DNA of 64,000 nt from Cystobasidiomycetes sp. EMM_F5. Lineage: Eukaryota. Both the position numbers and the translations under genes were made by a program. The notes beneath the pieces are model-generated. The model made no database searches and was not told the DNA's origin. It saw nothing but the letters and a program-made list of their open reading frames with translations. The DNA lies in NCBI GenBank assembly GCA_051047955.1, contig JBPGPT010000002.1:558001-622000 (forward strand). The letters run 5' to 3'. Below, piece by piece: positions 12,822 through 26,452 of the stretch (the first letter of the stretch is position 1; each line of letters opens with the position of its first letter).

Positions 12822-14009
12822 ATGCAGAGAACTCTGCAGCAGACTGTGCGTCAATGCATCGCCGGCCCTTCCACGCCCGCCTCGTTTTGCCGTGCATGTA
12901 CGCCAAATGCCCTACGATCCATCATTCCCACAAAACAAAGACTTGTACACACATCGACTCCGCGCAAGGTCAACACGGTCAATGCGGAAGAGATCAATCA
13001 CTTCTCTTCCTTGGCGGCGCATTGGTGGAATGAGTCTGGCAGCTTTGGGGTGCTACAGCGTATGAACCGCGTCAGAGTCGAGTTTCTGCGAGAAAGACTG
13101 CTGGAAGCGGCACTCTACGAATCGAGAGATCCAGAAGCGGATCGGCAAAAGATAAATGGACCCCGAATGTTGGAAGGGCTGAGGGTACTGGACGTCGGTT
13201 GCGGCGGCGGCCTGTTCTCAGAGGTTAGCGCGAGCGAGAGTATGCAAGACTGGCCATACATCTGACACTATATACACCTTTAGCGCTTGTCTAGGCTCGG
13301 AGCGCGTACATTAGCCGTGGACGCATCTAATGAAAATGTACAAACTGCCATCCTACACGCCTCACAAGATCCGCAACAGGCTGCTTTAATGGCAAACGGA
13401 AACTTGGAATATCGCAACTGCGCAGCAGAAGATCTGCTGCCAGGGCCAGACAAGTCTACGGAGCAGTTCGACATCGTCTTTGCTATGGAGATCCTCGAAC
13501 ATGTCGACGATCCGCAAAACTTTCTGAGATGCATTGCGGATTTGACCAAGGTATGCAAAGCTACAATAGTCATATACAGCTCGTCTGACTGTTACAACGT
13601 TCAGCCCGGCGGTCACATCATACTTTCTACGATTTCGCGAACGCCCCTAGCCAAGTTCTTAACGATTAATTTCGCCGAGTCTCCTTTGGTCGGCTTTGCG
13701 CCAGCTGGATCACATACATACGAAAAGTTCATCAAATCCAGTGAACTTGTCAACTTCTTCCGGTCCGAGCTGGGATGGGGAGCGTCAAGGCCCGTTTCCC
13801 CCGCTTCTGAATCAGCCACATCATACGCAAACGATCTGAATTCCAGGCATCGGAGCTTGAGATATGACATGGAAGTACGTGGTACTACGTACCTGCCCTG
13901 GAAAGGAGAGTGGACGCTCTTTCCCAAAGATCAACCGCAAAGCCTCCGTGCCGAACTCACAAAGAGCTGTAATTACTTTTTCGGAGCACGAAAGCCGTTG
14001 TCCGCTTGA
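12822..14009 (+). CDS. COQ3: Ubiquinone biosynthesis O-methyltransferase Coq3
   Basis: TVNAEEINHFSSLAAHWW, LQRMNRVR, VLDVGCGGGLFSE, MEILEHVDDP, STISRT and HTYEKFI. Mitochondrial-type presequence. Confidence 0.93.
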
Positions 14010-14287
14010 TAGGCTCTTACATATCGTGTATATAGTAACATCGTTGAAGTTCGCTGCTAGGAGGATCATCGACGAGACTTTCGATATTGAACATTTGGCA
14101 GAATCCGGATCCAGCACACCGGCCTGCAGTCCGTTGCTTTCATCTGCAACATCCGCTTACTTTTCAGCTGGCACACCGCAACAACGTCGCAGGAAGACGT
14201 TCAACCATTCGACTTAGCCAACGCGCTGCCTGGAACGTGCCAACCTCCGACAGCTGCACTGAGCGATAAGCGGGGTTTCCAGCAACA

Positions 14288-16831
14288 ATGGCTGCGCCTT
14301 TAGTGAGCGTCTCTCAGCCTGTAGACAGTGCATAGCTGTACTTGCTGACAACATGGACATCTACTCTGCCCCGCAGTTCACGACAGAGTCTGGCAGACTG
14401 TCAGTAGCATGAACAGAGGAATAAGGTGCCGATACTGACATTTGTCCTGGATTCCCATTGACGATGCAGCTACCATGCTGGCCAGATCCTCGTTCGTGGT
14501 TGAATGATACCCTCACGCCAGCCTGCATGCTTACGCCTACTTGACAGGTATCGTGCGTCGGGCTTCCGGCTCGCGGCAAGACCCACATCGCCAGATCTCT
14601 CTTGCGTTATCTGCGATGGCTCGGCGTGAAGAGCGAGGGTGAGTCACTTTGTCACCATAACTTAACGTATACTCCCCTCTTACTACTGTATGGCGCTCTC
14701 CAGTCTTCTCGCTCGGGGACTACCGCAGGAAACGTCTAGGCGAAGCATCCTCGCTACCGCCAGACTATTTTTCCACAGGAAAACGTTCTGCCGAGTCGGA
14801 AGGGCTAAGAGCGCAAGTCAAGCGGGAAATGACCGAGATTATCCTCCGCTATTTCAGCGAAGGCGGTCAGGTCGCAATATACGACGCGAACAATACGACG
14901 ATAAATGAAAGGCAGGACCTGCGCAATCTATGCGCCGAGAACAAGATGTGAGCTGTGAAGGCTACCATAGGCTTACTCCTGCACTGAGCCTTTGTGTGTT
15001 TGCGGAATTTTCATACAGTAACATAATGTTTATCGAAACCATATGTTCTGACGCCATTGTCGAAAAGAACATTCGCGCAGTCAAATTGCAAAGTCCCGAT
15101 GTAGGCTGCTCCTCTGATGTTGATGCAGCATAAGCTTACACTCTCCGCTCATGCAGTATAAAGGGTGGGACGCTGAAGCAGCCGTGAAGGATTACTGGAA
15201 CCGGATACAGATCCAAGCGCAAGCGTATGAGCCCATTGAGAATCCCTCGTTCCCTTATGTCAAGGTATTAGACGTTGACGAGCGGATCATCGTGAACAAC
15301 ATCAACGGCTACCTGCAGAGTCGTACAGTCTTTTTCTTGATGAACGCAAGTCTGCATAGCGTGTGGTTCGAGTCATGAATCACGGATGCTGACGCTCTTG
15401 TGCAGATACACAACAAGTACCGCTCGATTTATTTCGCAAGGGTGAGTCGGAACCTCGAGGAAGCATTTGCAGACATGCTAACACACATCCACAGTCGGGC
15501 GGATCGTATGCAGAACACTCTTACAAAGCCGACGCTGGTCTTTCCGAGGTCGGCGAAAATTATGCTACAGCGCTGCGAGACTTTGTGGTTTCCAAGCGAG
15601 CAAAGGACAGGCAAAACCCTGAGGAGCGCGCTCGTCAAAGACGCCTTGTGGTGCGTTACGGCTAGGATCGCAGATGCAGTAGTGCATGGACATTGATATT
15701 CTATGGGCTGCAGGTTTGGACCTCCTCCCGGCGACGCTGTACCGGAACTGCAAAGCCGTTCCTTGAACGCGGCTACAAGGTTATCGAAAGAGGCCAGATG
15801 ACAGAGATCAATCCCGGTTGCGTGGACGGCTTATCTCGACACGAGATCAGGGCATTGTATCCAGAAGAGTACGAGAAGGCTATCAAGGAACCGTACTCTC
15901 ATCGCTTCCCGAGAGCCGAAAGCTACCACGACCTAAGTGTCCGCTTGGAGCCCAGTATCTTCGAATTGGAAAGAGACAGAAATGACTTGCTCATCATAGG
16001 TAAACAGGGAGATGGGTAATCGTCAAGCTTGAAGCTGACATCAGACATGCTTCCAGGCCACGGCAGCGTCTTGCGGTGCCTATTTGCATATCTGAAGGGA
16101 CTTGCGCCAAAGGACATCCCGAAGGTGATGATCGAAAGAGGAGACCTCGTCGAGATTGTACCGGTAAGTTTGACGGACTGCATACACTGTTCACATAGCT
16201 TGAGGCAATCGTTCTGATCTGAATTTCGCTACAGTCGGCGTACGGCGTAACTAGCAAGACGTACACCTTTTGGCGTCCACCTGTTGGGCACGAAGATCTG
16301 CTCATTGAACCAGGTACGAAGTCAGGCGTCTACGGCAGTCCAGTAGCGCCGTCAGCCTCTATACCGGCCCTATCGCTTGCCAAGAACCATTTGTCAATGT
16401 CTAGCCCTCCGACATCGCCACCAGGATTTGCGCAAAGCACACTTGCCGATCACACACCGCGTCTTCGCAACATGACTCTCAGTGACAGATTTGCCGATGA
16501 TTCTCGTCCCACATCAGCTCTCGGAGTACCTACTTCCATTCGGACACCGTACTATGTCGACCAAGCGCCAAAAGGTCCAGATGGCAACGTTCTGATTGAA
16601 CAGGATCCAGGCACGCCCCAAGCTGGACGAAAATCCGACTTGCCGCCAAGCCGCGATGGACTGCGAGACGACGAAGAACAAGGCGAAGACGAGGATTCCG
16701 ACAATCCAGACAATACTTGTGAATGGACCAAAGCGAAGCCTTTGCTAATTCAGCAGGTTAGTCAGAGGCATATTTGGCAGCACGACGGCGAGCAAACAGC
16801 AAAGCCTACGTTATCGAAGCCTCCACAATAG
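14288..16831 (+). CDS. 6-phosphofructo-2-kinase/fructose-2,6-bisphosphatase family protein (YLR345W-like)
   Basis: VGLPARGKTH P-loop, RYLRWLGVK, VAIYDANN, GYLQSRTVFFLMN|IH and HRFPRAESYHDLSVRLEP. Many short exons; 3' end approximate. Confidence 0.88.
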
Positions 16832-16948
16832 GAGCAAATCTAATAGTTTCGTGATTGGATGTACTCTACGCTATAGCTACAAGTTGTTTGGATTATACTG
16901 CTGCGAGTATGATTGGTCTTTACGCAACGAAGGAAGCGGCTCTTACTC

Positions 16949-18268
16949 TCAGGCAATCATGCAGCCCTTCACTGTGATTCTTGAGATCTGCTGTTGGGGA
17001 TGCGGGTTTGCTGTGAAGTTTGCCCTTCCTGCCCAGAGACCTGCTACCCAAGGGCCAAAGCGGACGTGCAAAGGCTGCGTTGGCCATTTTTGTGCTGTTG
17101 ACAATCGATTGACGCTTAGCATCTTGTTGCCGTCAGCAAACCATGTTAGATTGCTGGGATTCCAGTCTACCTGTCAACGTGTAAAGAAATCGATATTGGC
17201 GCGACATCAATCCAAAAATCTAGATTGGACGCTGCGTAAAACACTCACAGCCCAGGTATGCAGCCTTTGGAACGGCACAAGTCCATCGGGGCCAGAGTAT
17301 ACCCAGCTTGTATGGTTACGAACTCCTTGAGCCAGGCTACCTTTAGCATCTTTACCAAACTCGACACGCTGAGCCTTCTGCCAGAGCGGTACCTGCCACG
17401 AGTTCTCCACGAGTTCGAGATCTATCTCGTCGCTGGCGTCTGCATTTTTGAAGATTGCACAGCTGACAATGCCAGGTGCTTGTGCGCTCTTCATCGTGAC
17501 GGACATTGAAACCGGAGCGACCCATTGCTTTACACTCTGGTAGACGATGTTTTGCTGTCATGCGGGGAGGAGTCAGATACCGCATGCTGTGATCAGAAGT
17601 TGTGTCCTCTTACGTTTGATTGGCTCAGCGTCATGATCAGACCATCTTTGCCGAAAGTTGAAGCTTCCTGAGGACCAGCTTCCCGTGTCCACTTGGTGGT
17701 ATCAAATGTTGCCTGCGCATATACATCTATCAGCATGTTGTCTTTTTCAATGAGAGTAGCCGAGACATACAAAGTTGTCGGTCATTGTCTGATAAGAACT
17801 TCCAGGTGGACAAGCCAAAGCTGGAGTTGGAGTGGCCGTTGAGGAAGATGAGGTGGAACTGACAGGCGAAGAAGATTTTGTCGTAGATTGCGAAGTGTTG
17901 TTTCCAAGCAATGTTGCGGTCTTCGTAACTGTCACATTCACAATTTTTGTTGTAGTTGTGGACGCGCTGGACTTGCTTGAAGAAGACGGTTTAGAGGTGG
18001 TCAAGTTGATGACGACGCTGCTGCTGCTTACAGCAGAGCTTATTGTACTTCTGCTGATGCTGCTGCTGCTGGAAACGCTTGTATTGGGAGGATGGGTAAT
18101 CGATATCGTAGTCGAAGTCGGAGCCGACAGACGTTTAGGACATTGTTGCGCCCTCTTGGACAGACCTCCTCTCCTTGTCCGGCGTAATGGAAAGTGCGAA
18201 TCGACAGAAAGTGCATCTACTGTCACGATGGCTGCGAGAGCGGAGAGCAGGATCGGAGAGGTTCGCAT
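16949..18268 (-). CDS. Secreted glycoside hydrolase family 16 protein with Ser/Thr-rich N-terminal region
   Basis: Signal peptide MRTSPILLSALAAIVTVDA, dibasic sites, S/T tract, then MKSAQAPGIVS, DEIDLE catalytic motif, DWNPSNLTWFADG and WPTQPLHVRFGPW. Confidence 0.75.
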
Positions 18269-18793
18269 ATCAAGGTCAAGGATGGACGAGGCGAGGGGTT
18301 AGCTGCGGTGACAGTGAGGTAGGTATGGGATGATGAGAGAAGAGCAAATCGAGCAGCTGTACCATTTTCAATTTGTCTAGACCTGACATGTTTCGTACAA
18401 CGGCTTTTGTAGCCTTCGCGACGAGGCGAAAAAGAACGCCAGTCAAAAGCTCGAGAAGGTTGGAAAGGCAGGCGAGGACAGCCTGTGACGTGAACAAAGT
18501 GTGATGGAAGCTCGCTCTAATCGTCCCGCTAGTCGATGTGGAGCAGCTTTTGAGTTGATAAAGTGCCATTGATAACGACGTCAATGATATCGATGGCATT
18601 TGGGCGAGACAACGTCGAGCCAGCAGTTCCCAGCCACCTAGTGCAGGATATGCTACATTCATGCACAGTGTCCTTCGTCTCTGACGGGAGCTCAGGCTTG
18701 AAAGTAGTCCGCAGTCGATGTCGATTGCTGGGAATTGATCTGGACTACGGACTCTGTTACATTTTGCTTGACGAAGCTGACAACCTTCCACAC

Positions 18794-19684
18794 ATGCTAC
18801 GGAGCCTGACTCACACCCTACATCGTTCTCTTCCACGCTCCTCCAGTCCTCTGAACCGCCGCTCTTTTGCGACAATGGACGTCGGAACCTCGTCATCGAG
18901 CGGGTCTTCCCAAAAGCTGCATAGCATCACGACGCATCAACAGTACGAAGCCCCGCCTCTAGACATTCCATCGTTGAAGCCATCACCCATCGAGCAGTTC
19001 AGCGTCTGGTTCAGCGAAGCGCAAGAGCATGGCGTTCCAGAGCCGGAAGCCTTCAGCGTTGCGACCGTCGATGCGGCAACTCTGTCACCGAGCGTGAGAA
19101 TGGTACTCTTCAAGCAAGTAGACGAGACGGGCTTTGTTTTTTTCACAAACTACGAGTCGCGCAAGGGAAAGGAGCTGGGGATGAGCCCGGACCTCGACAA
19201 AGAGTATGGTAACCGTGTAGCCGGAGCTTGGTACTGGAAGGAGATGTCTCGCTCGGTTAGAGTCGTAGGGAGAGCACAACGTCTGTCTGCATCGGAAAGC
19301 AACAAGTACTACTCTACACGGCCAGTCGGATCCCAAATCGGAGCACACGCAAGTCCGCAGAGTCGCGTAGTCGCATCAAGGAGAGAGCTCGAGCAATACG
19401 TAGAGCAATGCGAGGGGAAGTACGGGATAGCAGCGGGCAGCGCGAGCAGAAAGGCAGACGATCCGCAGGACCACGGCAAAAGTGTGCCGCTGCCCAAGAA
19501 TTGGGGAGGCGTTCGCATCGTTCCAGACGAAGTGGAATTTTGGGTTGGGCGGCCAAATAGGTGAGTCATCTGCGCGTATTCTTCATTGAAAATCCCTGAC
19601 GCGTTCAGCAGACTTCATGATAGAGCTCGGTATACCAAGCCAGCCGGTCAGTCTGACTGGAAGATAGATAGACTGGCGCCGTAA
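18794..19684 (+). CDS. PDX3: Pyridoxamine 5'-phosphate oxidase
   Basis: PSVRMVLFK, GFVFFTNYESRKGKEL, YYSTRPVGSQIGAHASPQS, WGGVRIVPDEVEFWVGRPNR|LHDR and WKIDRLAP*. Confidence 0.93.
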
Positions 19685-20008
19685 GCGTCAAAGGTGATTG
19701 TTGTACCACAAGGAGTCCATAAATCGAAAACCTTTGAGCTGAACGTCGCTTGCTGGTTCCACTGCGACTTCGCTAATACGTCCAGGCCTTTCGGTTCGCG
19801 GGTGCTGCCGGAACAGCATGATCGACTTTTTGGGCTGCGGGACCCCGTAGATCTAATTTTAGACACGCTAACCGCGTGTGCGGGAGTCTGCCAACTCCCC
19901 GCCGCAAATCGTGAAGAGGGCGTCGAGGATTTGCGTCCTGCCTTCAGCGCTGACTTGGACTCCTTCGCTGACCTTCAAGACAGCTGCAGTACTGCAGCTC
20001 AAGGCAAG

Positions 20009-22163
20009 ATGGCAGAACAACACTCGGCGAGGTTTGCTTCTTCTTCCCTCGATCAAGAGAAGGGCGACGCTCTGTACAAGGAGAATACTCTGGCGACCAC
20101 GGACCGCTCCTCGACTGGATATGCAGCAAGTACGGCTGGCTTGGACCACAAGCACCAAAATGCAGTTTCGGAGAGGAAGCTCCTCTTCAAGCTCGATATC
20201 CTCATCCTCCCGCTGTGCATGATGCTCTACCTCTCCGCCTACCTGGACCGAGGTAATATGGGTAACGCAAAACTCCAGGGTTTAGAGGCCGGTGTATTGG
20301 GCGGAGACGATAACCTCTACTCGGGTATGTTCGAGTCTCCTTGAGCTGTTCTGTGTGTTGCTGAAGAGATGCCTTCTCCCTCGTCCCACGCGTACTCCTA
20401 AAAGTCGCTCTGGCACTATTTTTGTAAGGAGGCGTGAACTTAATAATGCAATATACCGTCTGAAATGTTTTATGATCACGCAGCGTAACATACGTTATCT
20501 TCAATATCCCTGGCACTCTTCTCGCCAAGCGGCTGTATCCTTCGCGTTCAATTGCTCTTGGAGCTATGATCTGGTCTATTGCTGCCACTTGTCAGGCTGC
20601 CACGACTAATCCTGCTGGACTTTTCGTCTGCCGTCTCTTCATCGGTATCGGAGAGGCAGGATTCGGACAGGCAGTACCATTTTGTGAGCTTGCTGCGATC
20701 TTCCACTTATTCCGCGCTTATAGCGCAAGCCTTGGTGTCCAGACTTTACCTACTTTTACCGCAAGCACGAGATTGCTAAGCGCGTTGGTCTTTATATCAC
20801 ATGCGGAGCACTTGCCGGCGCGTTCGGTGAGGAGGAATAATAAACTCGCACGATGATTGATTCTAATGCGCCCTTCAGGTGGTTTGATTGCGTTTGGAGT
20901 GTCGCACATCAGTAACAGCAGTATTGCTCAATGGCGCCGTAAGCAGGTGTACACGCCAACCCAAAGCACTATACTGAAGTGTGCTCTTGATCTGCAGTGC
21001 TATTTATTATCGAGGGGTTGCCGGGTGTCATCCTGGCTATTGTGGTTTTCCTGGTTCTTCCAGCCAGACCGGAGAAAACACGATATCTAACGCAAGACGA
21101 AAGGACCCTAGCATGTACTCGCCTTAACGCAGACTCTTTGGGTAACGAAACAAACCAGATCGATTGGCGGGCAGTCAGACACGCCTTTAAGGATCCCAAG
21201 ATGTATGGTATGTACATTCGTAGGAAAACAATTCCGAAGATATACTAAATTTTAGTTGCAGTTGCAAGCGTGATGTACTCCTGCATGAATCTTGGTCTCG
21301 GCTCTGTTGGAGGATTCCTTCCGACCATTATCAAAAACTTGGGTTACTCGAATGCCGGTTCGTCCTTTGCAGAATCCTACCCGAACAATCGATCTGATAC
21401 TTCTTTGCGCCGCAGACGCACAGCTCTTTACGGTACCCCCATACGCGGTCACGGTCCGGGCCGCCCCTCTTATCATCTGCATCCCCTGCTGACATATTAT
21501 AATATATATTTTTACGCTTCATCGTCCGAAGGTGGTCTTCATGTTAATTATTACGACCCTGTCCGATCGTTTCAGAATGCGAGGGTACGTACAGGATCTT
21601 TGCTGATCTTTTACGATGGTCTGATGATGTTGTGCCATGTAGACCCTTCGCGGCAGGCGTCTACCTCATCGGCCTGGTGGGCTGGAGCATACTTTACAGT
21701 GTCGACGCTGTCAAGGGCGATCAGCACGTGCGCTACTTTGCATGCTTCTGCGTCGTCATGGCAGGCTATGCTTGTATACCTCTGATTATATCTTGGCAAG
21801 CAAATAATGCCACCTGCGAATCTCAGCGGGCTGTCTATCTCGGCATGTTGAACACGTAAGTCGGTGGAGCTACACTCCTATCCGAGTACGCATCCTTAAA
21901 AGCTTTTGGACAGTATTGGGCAATGCCTCTCGATCCTCGCAGCCTTCCTATTCCCCAGCGTTGAAGGACCGCAATTCAAGAAGGGTTGCTCGGTCAACTT
22001 GGCTTTCCAGGGACTTGGATTTGTCCTTGCGGTTGGTCTTGTTCTATGGTATCGCCGGGAGAATGCGCGTCGCGATGCTGTCGAAGGAAAGCCTGTCAAG
22101 GGCGAACGTCTCGACACCTCCGAGCTTTACGATCTCACTCCCGGCTTTAGATACACCTTGTAA
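20009..22163 (+). CDS. MFS transporter, anion:cation symporter (Tna1/Dal5-like) family
   Basis: KLDILILP..YLSAYLDRGNMGNAKLQGL, RLFIGIGEAG, WR.LFIIEGLP, AQLFTVPPY and FRYTL* C-terminus. About 11 exons. Confidence 0.88.
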
Positions 22164-22509
22164 TGCGCAATGCGGCTTCGTCGGAGGATGGGCGGTGACG
22201 GGACAATTTCAGAAGACGCAATTGCGTCTGGCCAAGTGCTGCTAGCATGCAAGATTTTCAGGCCAACGTTATGCGAAAAGCATTTCTCGACTTGTATCTG
22301 CAGACTAGGTTTAGTGTAAGGAAAGCGAAGGGAGAAAGTCTTGTGATGGGGTGTAAGCAGGACTTGTGCTATGTTGACGTGCATTTCCGAGCCGCAATGT
22401 GGAGATTCTGCACCGGACGTTTCGAGCTACACTTCACTCACGCGAACATGCATATTGCGAGGCTGTAATATGCACCTTAGCAACCAACGCACATGCATGC
22501 GTCCTATGA

Positions 22510-25500
22510 ATGCATGAAATGACTATGCCGCGTGAACGAAGTCCCCCAGGTCGCCGGTCAAACATACAAGGACACAGTAGCGACAGCAGCAGCAACAGCG
22601 ACCAAAGCCTGAGCATTCTCGATGCACTATCGGATAAGGACGACGACGGTCTGGCTGTCGCAAGTCATGATTTGTCAGCTTTGCGCAAACAGCCTGGAGC
22701 TGCGTTCGAGCAAAACAGATTGAAGTCCTCATCGTCATCGTCAAAGCCCACGGCCAATACTGACTACGGACAAAGATACGCTGAAGCTGCAGCGTATGCC
22801 CTCAATGCGTCGCAGAAATTGGCAATGCAGTCGCTTCCAAGTCCTCCTGCAACTACGCATAACAGCGGCAGCACTGGTAGCAGTAGGGCAATGACGGAGT
22901 TTGCGCAACCGTCATCCCACGTTGCGGAAGACAGTGATATACGGAGCAGCCGACCGCGTTCCTCGCGCGATTCCGCCGGCTTACCGACTGGCCTCGACCG
23001 TTCGTACAAACACATCAGTGGCAGACAACAAAACCAACTGAAAGCACACCACATACCATTCGACGTCACAGAGGATGGCGATGTTAGCCATCTTGATTCG
23101 GCGGAAGTATCTATGTTTGCCAGCCCATCGCCCGCTCCCAGGCTGTCCTCAGGCAGATCCAACCGAGACTTCCAGTCAAGCGATTACAATGTCACGAATG
23201 TCCGTGACTCGCTCAGCTCTTTTACACCTGGCCCAATGCCTTCCACTTCGAAAGCCTCAGCTGATACTCGTGGCTATCTACCACATCGAGACACAAATGC
23301 CATTCTAGCCGATAATTTGGCCAGGATCCACCTATCCCGAGAAAACAGTACATCTACGGATCTTGCGTCACAGGACGGTACAATCGCAATTACGGACAGA
23401 GAAAAGCCTCATTCGACAACCAACATAGGCATCAAGGGCAACAGCAGGTTGAGGTTGAAAGAGGCAGCCAAAAGACGGGTAGGAATATGCGATCACTTGC
23501 CTCTACTTCCTGCTTCTGACAAGTGTGATATATTATTCTCGAATGCAAATGCAACTATGGCAGGTGTCGAAAGGCGATAGGCTTGATGTGGCCAATGGCT
23601 CATCCGCTGCGTCCATGAACCGCATTGCATCATCGTCCTCGTCCAGCGCATCTGGTCTAGCTTACGACACAGCGCGATCGCGAACCGGAAGTCTATCAGA
23701 TCACGATGATGCTGATTCGCCGGATGTAGGCAATCGCACCAACGGTATCAATAGCCAGTCGGAAAGCAATGCAAACGCACACAATCGACTTCCTGTCCTC
23801 ATCGAGAATGTACAAGAATACCGTGCATTGACCCCGTACGGCGAACTTGAAGAAGGCGAGTTGTTGGAGGAGGTGCCGCCTGTAGGAATGACTCAGACGA
23901 TCATACGAAGCAGTAGAGACGACTTGAATCAGTATCCAATACACCCCACTACCGATACGGTCTACCTAGCGGCTGCTAGTCCCTCACTGAATGAACGTCT
24001 GAAACCCCATCTGCTGCCGAATGGTCGAGCGCCTGCCACGATCAGCGGAATGTACCATAAGCCAGAGCATCTGTACGTGGGGGGCGGAAATGGTAATTCA
24101 GCACTGTCACCTGGTCCACACTCCTTACATAAGCGCAGTTCTCAAAGCCTGACCAGCACCAGCCGATCGATGTCGCCGACGCTGTCTGCTGCGCAGCGCT
24201 TCGTGACTGGCAATACGCGTGTTGGCGAGACTAGCAGATCTCGGCATATAGCGCACGATAGGACTGGAAGCTTAGTGGTGCAAAACCCATCGAATTCAAG
24301 TGCAACTGTGCATTCGTACGTGTCGCACTCAGCTTTAGCACATACTTCTCGTGCAGACATACGCTATACGCGGTCGCAAGACGGGCGGCCTCGTGAGCGG
24401 CATGAATACCGCACGTCCACTCCAGACCTGCGGCGACAGTACGTTCAGCAGCACGCAAAGGCGACATCTGTAGACGATACCTCCGCGTCCGCATCGATAT
24501 CAGCAGCATTAAACGGTTCGCTTCGTGACCAGACTAGTTCTAGTCGGTACGGCCCGCGCTCCAGTGCTACTGTAGCCTCCAGGAGAAGCAACGCAAAAAG
24601 CACAGGCAGCAGATCACCAATTGACAAAACAAGTGACATTTCTTTTCAAGAGGATGCTCCTGCGTCTTCGGACCCACATACACAAGTGGCTAATGCAGCG
24701 ACGAGCTCTGGACGCGGTGGCATGCAGCAGTCGGCCCTACGTCAACTTCCCGCCGCGCAACATGGACGCGCCAGTGTTGACCTGTACGGACCGACAACGT
24801 CACAGCGTAGTCGCTTTCCGCTATCCGCCAATGCCGTGGATACTGTAACGGAAAGGGTGCGATCGTATGGCAGTCCAACACGGCGGGTGCGACGGAGTAT
24901 ACAAAGTGGAGACGGTGAATGATAGTGCTAGTCTGTGATACTAGCCCGAGAAGGCTGACTGCTGATGTGTGCAGTGTTTGACATGGATGCCGAGAGTCCG
25001 CGACACCTTCGGAATCCTGCTACTGCTCGACCACATACTTCTATGTCGTTGCGTACATTACCCGTCGGGAGCAAGGAGTGGTGGGCGGAAGTCAGTGACA
25101 TACGCAATTCAGTGAATGAGAACGTCACGGAGCGGTCTTTCTCGAGGGCGTGTCCGTCTCCACATGCATTAACGAGTAGCGTTGACGAGTACGAGGACAA
25201 TCATCGGGCGCCGCATCACAAAGTCGCCACAGTATCTGAATCCTCCTATTCTAGTGTTCGAACTGCCTCTCAAGCCGCTGCCGCACGAAACAGCAGGTCG
25301 AACACTCCGCTGGAATCCAACCATTCGTCAGGCACAAAATGTGCACATGCTGCGAGTGGGAAACGAAGTCCGTATATCGAGAACCACAAAGGGTCTCCCT
25401 CAACGCTTCGTAATTCTAGCGACAGGGTCAAGAGCAGTCATGAAACCATGCTGCTGGAGGCGAGTCAAGAAGGCTTCAATCCATGACGTTCATACTGATT

Positions 25501-26431
25501 TCATGCGAGCTTGTAGGCCCTGCAGGTGTGGAGTAATCACATCGGCATTTCGGCATTTGCAGAGAATGATACGCTTTATACCGAGTCTCTGAACGTGATT
25601 CAGCACTGCATACAACTGAATCGAGGGCTGAAAGATCTGCGCAGCGAAATGCAAGCTGAACAAGTGAAAGCAGAGATACACTCGGAAAGCGAGACGGAGG
25701 ATGCTGTGTCATATAGGCGCCGCGAAACGTCACGCCTGCAGCGACAAACCAAGAACATTGCTGATCTTCAACAGTATGCCGATCAGCAGGTGCGCAATCT
25801 AACACAGCTGTTCCTAACCCTTTCGCAAACAAAAGAACGCGTAGTCGGATCGCGCGTTCAGCACATGCCTCGAAATACGATCTCACCGTGGAATGGCCAG
25901 AGGAGCCCCGTGGATCGAAATGTGCCGATTGCCACGACCAACGCAGCAGCGCCTACAACAGGCAATTTCGTGAATGAAGCAAATGTTCAGGGTTACACGC
26001 AGTCAACGGCGGATGTGAGACGCGGAATTGACACCGTCATCAGCCCTCCTCGATCTTCACCTCAGTCTCCTCGCGCATTACGTAGAGCGAAAAGCTCTGT
26101 CAGTAGCTACATTACGTCGGTTGAAGCAGTCTCTGACGCTATATTACAGAGTACATCGCAAATATCCATGTCAACAGTCAAAGGGATGGTCAGTTTCCCA
26201 TCCTCGGCAGCGGACATCAGCAGACAACTGAGCACAAAGCGGCACTCGTTCGATCACGGGCGGTCACATTTTGAGGAGACATCCAAATCACAGGCTGCTA
26301 CAGCCAGACATCAGAGCGTCAGTGCTACAGAATCGCTTGGCTCGCAGCTTCTCTCGCGCGTCTCCACCAATTCTAGCGATACAGGTAGCATTTCGCGTTG
26401 GCGCCTTCTGACAAAAGGCTCGTCTTCCTAA
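22510..26431 (+). CDS. Large Ser/Arg-rich low-complexity hypothetical protein with a short coiled-coil region
   Basis: Four long same-strand ORFs (356, 465, 173 and 301 aa) separated by plausible introns. No recognised domain. Confidence 0.6.
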
Positions 26432-26452
26432 TGCACATCCAGCTAGATGTTA

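Noticed and set aside
17832..18302. Hydrophobic 156-aa plus-strand ORF
   Set aside because: Antisense shadow of the Ser/Thr-rich GH16 stalk.
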